Below are positions 53,151 to 64,000 of a stretch of 64,000 nucleotides of DNA, one piece after another. The notes beneath the pieces were generated by a model. That model was not told the origin of the DNA. It searched no databases and saw only the letters and a program-made list of their open reading frames with translations. The translations under genes were made by a program, and so were the position numbers. The stretch is from Epiperipatus broadwayi (lineage: Eukaryota; Animalia; Onychophora), in NCBI GenBank assembly GCA_028023455.1, contig JAQFVV010000011.1, forward strand, positions 3,534,001-3,598,000, in the 5' to 3' direction. Positions within the stretch are counted from its first letter, which is position 1. Every line of letters starts with the position of its first letter.

Positions 53151-56100
53151 AATTTTCACTACTGAGAGGAAATATTATAGCTCAACTTATCTTCAATTAA
53201 TGGAGTTGTCCAGATTTAATCTTATGTCCTGATCCAATTTAACATTCAAAACTTCAGCCCAATGAGTATACGCAGACATAAAATATAGATATAACAGAAA
53301 TAGACCAATAAGTCATTATGTTCAGTTAATCTAATTGTTATTATAAAAGGGATCTGGCTATAAATTGTCAGTTTATTTGAAAGTAAAATCAGACAGCAAT
53401 AAATAACTGTCAGAGCTGAATAACAGTATGTACATTGCCCACTATGTTGTTAAAACAATAAAACAAACTGGAAGCTACTAGATGAGGTAAGCAATCATAG
53501 TATAAATGGAAGTGCCATTGTACCTAGTCATTAGGAAAGCTTCTATGGTGCATCCAGAAGTGTTAGGCAAAGCTAGAAAGGTTCCTGGTCCCTTGCTTTA
53601 ATAGTTGTGTAGCAATTAGATGTCTCCTTTAGTCTACTAGGATGTCATTCATTTATTCAACAACATGATATGACAATTAATACTTAAAATTATTACATAA
53701 AGAACCTTGAGATTATCATATATTATTTTATGATTATCTAAATTACTTTTATTGTTGCAAATATTACTAGGGTGGCATTAACAAATCAATTATAGCTAAT
53801 TGTACTATAAGAAAAGTGCATTAACTCTTACTTTATGAGAGTTGTTTCTGATCATATTATGACAATAAGCTTTATTTGGTGATTAACATTTGTTTTCAAA
53901 ATATTTAGAGAGGGTATAATAGAAGACCTTCCTTAAGTATTCTATATGATATGCAAATACATTTGCTGCTTGGAGATGTATTTTAATATTGGGAAGTTTG
54001 GTTGTTTGTATGAGAATGAATGAGATTTTATATGAGAATGAGTGAGATTCCTCCTCTTCTTAATTTGTTATTATGATAATATGCATTTGTCATTATTTTA
54101 GTTCTCTTATTTCATTTCATGTCTTGGTAGTAAATATAATTATAACACATAACCCACTGAGCTCAGCTGAATGAGATCATCATCAGGATGGTGGAGTATA
54201 GCATGTAGCTCATTATATTTCCTCAGAATTAGAATATTTATATTTTAAAAACCTACACATACAATTGAACCTGCTCTACCATATAGTATAGAGAGTTCAA
54301 ATTACCAGAGATGGAAAAATTAATCCAATTTCCATTCATTCATCTAACATTGCAAATATGCTATAAACCAGACATTATAATTAGTAGCAAAAAAAACTCA
54401 GAATTTTGCAGAGGCAAATTAATCAACTTTTAATTCTTGACTTATTTAAGTATATTGCTTCTTTTATTGTGGAGTCTGATTTATAGTCTATTTAAAATTT
54501 TAGATGGGCAGATCACTGATATATATATATATCTACATAAACTTATAAATAAATATTAAAAAATACAGTAATTAAATTTTTTTTTTTAAAAAGAACAAAA
54601 ATATAAATGTCATTTAGGAGCGCTTTCAACTATCCTCATAGTCTTTGTCAACTAATACTTTGAAAGGTCAACTTTCCCATAATTCCATAATCTTAACATT
54701 TTCTGCTTGCCTTTTTTTCATTATTATTCCTTTCAGTTTGCAATATTTTTACAATTTTATAATTGAAATCAAAACTATATATATACATGATTTATTATGG
54801 TCATAAAAAACAGAAGCTGATAAATTATCATCATCTTTAGAATTTTGTTTCATATTTTGAACTCTTTTTAATAACAACAAGTCCTCTTTTCTCCAATGTG
54901 CATCTCAACTCACCTGTGTATCCACTACCACACCTACACATCCATTTATAAAGCATACAATTTTTATTTGTAAATAAGGTTTTTTTAAAAAAAAATTTAA
55001 TTACTGTATTTTCTAATATTTATTTATACGTTTATGTATATTATTTTGAAGAAATATAGACATAGATTTGTAGTATTATTAATATATATATGTGTGTTTT
55101 AAAAGTATTTCCATAATTCCTATTATTACCCAAAATAAAGTCATTTTGATAATATTAAGCACCAGTGATTCAAAACAATTGAGGCTATTAGTATAATAAA
55201 TAGGGCCATTTTAGTAAATACTCTACGGCACTTTCAATACAAGAATAGCCACAGAAGTACCATTGACATTATTACCAAGTGATAGACATCTTTCAGCATT
55301 GCACCTACCATGTCTATAAAACTATCCTAGGTATTTTATCCAATTTTCACTGAAAATTCAAAACCAACAGATAATTTATAAAAATTAATTTATAAAACTG
55401 TTCCAGATATTTGTCACCAAATCAATTACTAAACTAACATAAAAACAAATATAACTACTTATTTAAGGTTCAGTGGCAAAATAAATCACTAAACCAAAAT
55501 ATAAACAGGACAAAAAATTAATAGTTTAATCAAAGCACTATAGATGTTATGTTAAACAAAAAAATAAAAAATTTGAAAACTGTTGTGTTTGTTCTGAATT
55601 ACAGATTTCAGGCTCAAACCAACAGTGATATCAGTAAAAATATAAACCTTCAATAAATATAGTTATGCATAGATAAACATAGTTAATACTGTGCTGGTAA
55701 TGGCAGACTCACTTCCAGCTGTATGTATTAGCTTGCCTCATGAGTTCTAGTCAATACTCTTCCAGCTGTACTGGACAGCTTGCCTCAAGTTGGCTGCAGT
55801 CTTAGCAGCTTCCAGTCCTATTGTGGACTTACCTCACTGCATAGATGTATCAGTTATGACTATAGTAGAAACAACTTCACTGTTGGAAGAGGTTTCAATT
55901 GAGAGCATGTTCAGTTGTTCAGGTTAGACAGATATTCCCTTGTCTCCAAAAAGGCTGACAATTTATTGCCAGATCCTCTACCTTGAGTATGGCAGCAATC
56001 AGATTCAGAGAGCATCATTACCTATTAGCTCATAACTAACCAGTGGTAGGATTTTATACACATGTTTACACATTATGCCATACTTTATGTTTTATTCTTT

Positions 56101-56603
56101 GCCTATGTAGTACATTGGTTATCCACATGTTTACATATTGGTTAGCAGCAATAAGTGTGTAATCTGATTAGATAATGAAGGAATCTGGACTAGTCCCACT
56201 TTTGAAGGTAATATCAGATATGACAAAAACAATATTAGAAATTTAGCAAACATCAATACTTGATCAAAAAACCTCAATTAACTAGCCTCTATTAAAACAA
56301 TTATTATCACATATTAAAATCCAAGCACTGTGGATATCATGTTAAACAAAATAAAGTTCAAAACAATATTTAGAGTGTAATAAATATTAATATTTGACAA
56401 AAAAAAAGAAAACAAATTATTAACATAAATAACTGCTTACATGGAAAAACAAAATTATTTTTACAATTAAATGCTCTTGGTTAAAAAAATAATTCAAAAC
56501 ATCAAATATGTGATGAAACTAATTTCAGAAACACTAAAATTTGGTGCTGGCGGTCTCCATATTTTATTAAACACCATTTTGTTGATCATCAGTATATAGA
56601 TAT

Positions 56604-57960
56604 TGTAACGTTTATTTATATACGTTACAAATATATTGGCATTGGGTAAAAAAAAAAAACTAAAAGATAAAAGTGGATTTAAAATTTTGTTGAGTAATTT
56701 TTTTTAAAAAAAAAAAAACGTACAATGAGGGTTGAATTATTCTTCTTATTTTTTTTTATGTGATTAGTAATAACAGTAATTGGAGAGAACAAAAGAATTC
56801 CAAAAGCAAGTAAAAAAAGATAAGCTGAAAGTAGAAATACTCAAATTAATTAAAGATGGCCGAAAACTTGAAGAAAATAAAGACTTTATTACATAAAATT
56901 TATAAAGACTGGATAAGATTAAAAAGGCATGGTTCTAGCATGCGCAGAAGTCCTGAAAACTGGATATAAAAAGGAGGGATCCGGTTGAAGAGAGGTCTTG
57001 TTCGTTTTGTTTCTCTAGTTGGTCTTGGATAACATTGATATATCCAAGATCGCTCTTCGCTGAAGGAATTCGGCATGTCACAGTGAACCGGAGCTTCTGA
57101 AGACATCGGACCTAATGATGTACACCAGGAAAAGCCTTCATGACCGACTGGGGAAATGGACCACAAGATCAAGCAATAACCAAAAGGCCGAGCTCATTAT
57201 AACCAAAAAACTATGCATAGTTATCTACTACTGAATTCATGAAACTTACCGGTAAGAATAATTATCCTGATTGTGACAAAGTTAACTATTTAAAACTACT
57301 CGTAAAAATATACATATAAAAGAATCCCGATAGTGACTTTAATTTTTCTATATGAGAGACTCTTATTTAACCAAGAACTTTTTGTTTATTTTAACTGATA
57401 TTTATATTTTCTGGATATTTCCCACCTGAATTAAATGTGTTCTCTCCAAGGTATTAATTAGCTACTTAACATGAAGTATTTTAGTTTGTCAAAATTAAAA
57501 ATATTTCTAATACCAATTCTCATTTGTGCGTTATTAATAATAGTTATTATTTTTTATTATTAAATTTATTTTTAGTGTAATAAGATTTAAACGTAAGTTA
57601 CCTTTGCCAATATGTTTCAATACGCCCAGGACTAATAATTGTAAAAATCATTAATTCTCATTACGGTAGAATTACCGCCCCTTAAAAAAAAAAATAATAA
57701 TAAAATTTTTTTAATTTTTTTTTGTTTTACAACTTGCGAGAGGTGCTGGTGACATATTTCAGCGGATTCTATAAATAAAATTAAAAGTTGATTTTGTCAA
57801 TAGCACAATTCGTAACAATTAATAGGCTGAAGTTGATCAGGAAAAATAGCTGTGTTTTTAGAATAGAAATATAACTTTCTTCTTTTTTGACATAGCTTGA
57901 TCAACTCATGCGCAGTTTATATTAGCGTGTAAGAGGCCTAGCAAAACGAAAAACGTTACA
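56604..57960. mobile_element. Solo LTR (or Ginger-like element) with 4-bp TSD
   Basis: Termini TGTAACGTTT ... AAACGTTACA form a perfect 10-bp inverted repeat; ATAT on both sides; internal TATAAAA near 56965; CpG-rich centre; no convincing ORF. Confidence 0.7.
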
Positions 57961-59039
57961 ATATATTACTGGTAATTACCAAATATTAAAATAAGACTGA
58001 GTTGAAAACCTCAAGAATGTTTGCATGAATTTTGACAAAACACAATGGTCATGACAATGTGATACCTAAAATAAATTACTAAACCAAGATAAAAACATGG
58101 TTAAAAGGTGCAACAAATTACTAGAATCTTTCAAAATGCAGTAATTAGCAAATAATTAGAACACTATGTTAAATGGAAAAAAAATTTTCAAAAACTTTAG
58201 TGTTTAGCAAATATTAATATTTGCCACCAATCCCCCCTCCCCATTTTCTACTATCTAACTAATGAATATAAGTTGCATGCAATAAAAATGAAAATTAATA
58301 ATTTAATAATAATTTACAAATACAATTTTCATTAGTAATTCTTAATCCGAAGGTAATCAGCCTTCAACATGTGCTGTTTAATCATGTTATTAACTAAATG
58401 ATTTTATAATAAGTATGCAGGACTCAAATTCAAATGCAAGATAAAGACTTTTAAAAGATAAAAATTGCCATCTTATCTTTATACCTAAATTCAATTATAT
58501 AGGCTAATCTAAAGCATTTTGGAAAGAGAGCATGAAGATTTAATCTTCACAACTTTACATCCATTACATTATTAATTTATAGTTAAACCCAGCAAAATTT
58601 TCAAATTTATGATTGGTAAATATTAGATAATTAAAAATTAAAATTAATAATAAAGTTAGAAAAATATGTTACATTTGATTAAAACAATGAAAGCGAATAA
58701 AGCATTAAATATATGCCTAAACTAAATAAGAAATAAAAACATAAATGGCATTAAGATAAATTACTAAACCAACATGAAAATATGTATGTAAACACATGTA
58801 TAATTACTTATTGGTAAAATAAATATAAAAATCAAAATAAGTTACTAAAGCACAAAAACATATATAAATGCTTATAGAAACATATTTGAGTAAAAAAAAA
58901 AAAACAGTTTATCAAGGGGGACTTTCACAGGTATGTTCTTTTGAACTTCATGATATCAGAATAAAAAAAAATGTTTTGCTCAAACTCTTAATATTAAGGG
59001 GAGGGGGGAATTAATGTGAGGGGGGAAATAACAGCATTG

Positions 59040-59580
59040 ATCTATTAAACTATTTAGCCACACCCATCCACTAGTCTTTATCTGCCTCTGTTATCTAACT
59101 ACATTCCTATCAATCTATCTATTCATCTTTTACTTGTCTGTTTATTTTAACTATCCATCTGCTTATCTCCATACCAATCTAAAAAATCAATCTATTCATC
59201 TATCAATCTATCCATTTATCTACTTCTATCTATCTATTTGCCCATCAGCTTATCCAAGTATCCATTTACCTATTTATCATTTATCAATTAATCCATCCAC
59301 CTCTACATCTGGCTATTCATTGATCAATCTTTCTAGCAATCCATTATCAATCTATTATTCATCCATTAGTCTATCCATATGTTCATTTATCTTTGTATTT
59401 GTCTGGTTTTTACATATCTATTTATTTTTTCTATCCAAATATCATTTATTTAACTACTTAGACATCCACCCATCCATTCATTTATTAGCTACCTATCTAT
59501 ATATCTAACTGCTATTTACTTGTATATCTAACTAACTACTTGTCTGCTTATTTATCTACCTCTTTATCTCTTCCTAAATA
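59040..59580. repeat. Degenerate (ATCT/ATCC)n tract, inverted homologue of 61000-61605
   Basis: ttaaactatttagccacacccatccactagtctttatctgcctctgt mirrors acagagagacaggtaaaagatagtaaatggctgggtggctag...aaatagttta. Confidence 0.6.
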
Positions 59581-61291
59581 TTGTAACATTCACATTAAGT
59601 ATAGGCCTTTATTTTACGCACTATAAAGTGCAAGTTAATCAAACTATGAAAAAGAAGAATCTTCCTTTCATATAAGAGTTTAGATATCTCAAGAACATAG
59701 CTATATTTCCTGATTAACTGATCTAATAATGACTTGCAGCTCAAATTGCTGACAGAATTAGTTCTAGTTTATTTATGAGGATGCCAGAGTCTGTAGACTC
59801 ACTAACATTCATTGAGCAGATTCACAGCAAATAACTAAATTTAATATTTTTTTGAAGAAATTTCCTCAGGTTTAATCATTAAGGAAGAAGATAATTTATA
59901 CATAATAAATTCTAATAACTAAAATAAAGAATGTACAATGAAAAATTAATATTAAAGGTAAAAATTTTATTAATACAAATTAAAAAATATTTAAATGATA
60001 AATTATTAATAATCTGGAAAGAACATATAGTTGCCAATCCTGACAATAATGTACAACAAATAACTCAAATAGTCCATATTTCCATTCTCTTCTTTAAGTA
60101 AATGCAGTTCTTAGAATAATAAAATAGCAAATGACTCTCAGTATTTGAAGCTTTTAGTTAAAGTTTATGGTTAAATTTAGTTTGCAAACATTTAATTTGA
60201 CATAATTTAGGGTACGAATAATATTAATTTACCAGTAAGTTTTACAAATTTATGTAGACTGTAGCATGCATGTATTTCTTGGGTTGAAGAGATTGTAGCT
60301 TTTGATTTTAATCACTATCAATATCTTTTACATTCTTCGTCCATTCTAAGGCTGGGTTTGAAGGCTTTTTGGAGTGACCTCTTCATGATGAAAGAAGGTT
60401 TCCGCAAACACTCTGGTTCCCACTTCTGCATGAAAACTTAGTTCAGCATATGAGTATTCCCAAATGGAGTCATTTAACTGCCATTGTGATAATAAGACAA
60501 CGACAATTATCCCCTTGTCCCTCCATCCAGGACATATGAAAAACTGCCAGCACAAGGCAAGACCAGGCTCCAAGTTATTTGCTTCTTTTATATTCTGGTC
60601 AGTATTAGATTTTTGCTTGTATACATTTCTCTTTGTTTTTGTTATCAGAATACAAATTGATAGTCTTATACATTTATTATTTTTTAGTTACAAAGTTGTT
60701 GTTTTTTAAATTATTTCCACCATCTTTAATTAGCATAATGTCTTTCTTTTATTTATCTGTATAAACAATCTGTATGGACTTACATTCTTTCCAATTTTAA
60801 CTTTAATTAAATACTTAATTTTAAAATAAATACCTTCTATTGTACATATCTAAAATAAATTATATTAACTAAAAAAAACTAAATTTCGTCCATTGACGAT
60901 TTTTTTTACATTTTACTTTGTTTTTAAATATTACCATTGTCAACTTTTATCATATAAAAATAAATGGTACAATATCTATCTATCTATTTATTTGTCTTCT
61001 ATAGATAGGTAAATATGCAACTAGTTATATAAATAGATAGAGAGACAAGTAAATAGACAAATAAATAGATGATAGGTAGATCGATAATTAGATAAATAAT
61101 GAATGAATAGAAAGGTGAATAACTAGATAGTTAAATGGATGGTTAGATTGGAAAAATAAATAGAAACTAAATAAATAAATAGATCAGAAAGTTGTATGGA
61201 TGAATAGATGGGTAGGTAGTTATACGAACAGACAAATAAACAAATAGAAAGGAAGATAGATATATAGGTAGATAGACAGACAGACATGTAT

Positions 61292-61543
<252 letters not shown>

Positions 61544-62135
61544 ACAGAGAGACAGGTAAAAGATAGTAAATGGCTGGGTGGCTAGAATTTTAAATAGTTT
61601 AGATGGTATTTTTGCTGCTTTAAATTTTTCCTTTTTTTTTTTTTTATCAAGAACGTTTATTACTAATGTGTACAGTGGTTAATGAAAGAAGCAATCAAAA
61701 AATTTCTGTATGTATTTTGTAAATGATTTGAGCTCAAATAGGTAAAGTCTAATTTTGCTCCGAGTCGCGCTCTGACGTCATGAAACCAAAGGTAACCCCT
61801 GCAATTTTTGACCCTTCTCTATTTTTTTTTGTTCTGGCTAAATAGAGAAATAGGACACAACCTTCCATACTTTGAAGTAATAAAAAAAATCTATTTACTT
61901 TTCAAAAATCAACATAAAGTAATAATTACAATAAAATATGATTGTTTTTTTTTTTAATGCTTTTTGATAAATAAGTAAATGTTTTTGTGGTTTAGTAATT
62001 TATCTTCGTTTTTTAAATTCATTTTATTGATAAGTGCTTGCACATGTTTTTATGTCCTTGTTTTTATGTTGGTTTAGTAATTTATTTTGCTGCCATACGT
62101 TTAATAAATACTTATACCCACTTTAGTCTAATAAT

Positions 62136-63049
62136 AAATCAATACTAGTATATTTTAAATACCGAACTTTAAACTATAATTAAAGGGATTTGAAATCAGA
62201 CTTTCAAGTTTCCTTCAGCTATCCACTCCATCTTATATAACCAATACCCATGACCACACACATGTAAAAATAATAAATGGTCTCTAATATACATGTTTCA
62301 TGCTGAACCAACCTTCATCAATTGGTCCAGATTGTAATCTTCCACATGTATACAATCAGTGCTCAGCTTAGATTAAGATCCAAATTGGTCAAACTTTAAT
62401 GGACATAGTTCAATCTTCTCCACACTCCAACTCTTCAGGCATCCACACCATTGAAAATCTGATGATGGAATGCTCAAACCCTTGTTGATGCCAATATTGT
62501 CATATCCATATCGACCTTCAGTCACTCTGACTTTTCATATATATATATGACCTTAATATTTCCATTTAAATACATAATGGGATAAACAGAATTCAGTATC
62601 TGTAATAAATCAATTACATCTTAAAGTTCGGTATTTACAATGTATTATTAGTAATTTATTACAGATTCTGCCTGAATTCTGCCTATCCCACTGTGTATTT
62701 AAATGGATATATTAAGATCATGTATATAAAAGGTTAGATTGACTTAAGGATAACCTGGATATAACAACAATATTAGCATCAACAAGGTTTGTGCAATACA
62801 TCATCAGATGTTCAATGGTCTGAGTGGCTGAAGAGTTGGAGAGTGGAGAAGATTGAAGTCAGTCCATTAAAGTTTGAAGATTTGCTTTCTTAATAAAAAC
62901 TGAGCACTTACTATAAATGTCTGTGAGAGATGATGATCTGGACAAACTGATGAGTGCTGGTTCATGTTATTGAAGATCATTTATCTTTTTACATGTGTGG
63001 GGTCATATATATTGGTTATGCTGAAGGAAGCTTGAAAGTCTGAGTTCAA
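62136..63049. mobile_element. Family A near-full-length head-to-head pair with 20-bp TSD
   Basis: Arms 62136-62616 (minus) and 62617-63049 (plus); TSD acccactttagtctaataat (62116-62135) / acccattttagtttaataat (63050-63069); both cores decayed. Confidence 0.88.
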
Positions 63050-64000
63050 ACCCATTTTAGTTTAATAATTGATTTTGAGACAAAATATTGGAAAGTGTTT
63101 TATAGTTTATTTCTATGAAATTTTGATATTTTGAATAAAATATCTGGAACAGTTTATGGCGTAGTGGGTGCAATGTCAAAATTTGTGTCAGAGATGCTAC
63201 TGGGGCTTCCTGTAATACTTAAAATCGCATAGAGAATGTACCAAAATTGCACATAATAATGTTTATGATGCTCTTTTACATTTAAGATGTTAAAATAAAA
63301 TGTATTATGATAAGCAATGGTAGAAAACTACTAATTGTGACTGTTATTGTTTGGGTGCAGTACTCTATAATCTCGTTACTCAGTCTGACTTCGGGCAGAG
63401 AATGTATATGTTCTCACTGCATGTAGATATGGATAGACATTATCCTTTGATTTACATACTCATAGTTATAGCAGGCATATATTTGAAATATTAATCTATG
63501 TAAAAATATGATAAATTAATTTCAATATCAATTTTATTTGATAGCAATAAACTTTTAATTAATAAACACAAACCCACATTATTGATAGAATATATTTAAT
63601 AACACAATAATAAAAACTAAATAAAATTAATTTTTATATTCAGTTAAACACTAATTACAAATGACAAGATGTTAAAAATAAATATGTCAATGAAAAGCAT
63701 CATTCCAACTCTTCAAAAACATAATATGTCAAGCATAAAAATAACCACAATAAATGTGTGAGGTCTTAACTTATACAATAGAATCTCACAGCTATATCAA
63801 TCCCTAAATAATCAATATGCTAATATTTTTGTCATTACAGAGGCAAAATAAACCAATCATTGTTAACACTCTAAACAGTAAGTACATATTTGTATATAAG
63901 CACAACATTAGTCCGACACGAAGAGTAGGTGTTTCTAATTAGTACACCCTTTCCATTGACAAGATTAAAAATAATATTCATGTCAGTTAATGCAATCATT

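Noticed and set aside
57060-57140. CTGAAGA catc...gatg as a hammerhead in the LTR-like element
   Set aside because: No GAAA directly after the putative stem II and no stem I.
59134-59508. 124-aa ORF (IHLSIYP repeats)
   Set aside because: It is a translation artefact of the degenerate ATCT microsatellite.
60346-60709. 75-81 aa ORFs in a GC-richer patch
   Set aside because: No consistent splice signals or recognisable domain on either strand.

Overview
AT-rich eukaryotic (probably invertebrate) DNA that is mostly intronic or intergenic and dense in transposons. The six-frame ORF track is largely spurious. Host-gene signal is limited to one well-formed minus-strand exon (5550-5713) and one weaker plus-strand exon candidate. 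Recognisable elements are: a near-intact 5'-truncated APE-type LINE with one nonsense codon; three decayed Penelope-like elements (PLEs; RT plus GIY-YIG), two of them as a 3.3-kb inverted pair; Gypsy gag-protease and Merlin-like relics; a solo LTR; two hAT elements; a TA-TSD MITE; and four short tRNA-derived SINEs. The main observation is more than 20 type I hammerhead-ribozyme (HHR) motifs from at least four non-coding repeat families. Most sit in head-to-head palindromic insertions, and five of these palindromes plus one single-arm copy are bracketed by 13-22 bp target-site duplications. One copy (35269-35327, minus) has a complete core with an extended stem I. One locus (62.1-63.0 kb) shows circular permutation of a roughly 450-bp monomer. 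This looks like a retrozyme-like, possibly PLE-mobilised system that integrates as palindromes. All alignments and folds were done by eye, and no ribozyme activity has been tested.
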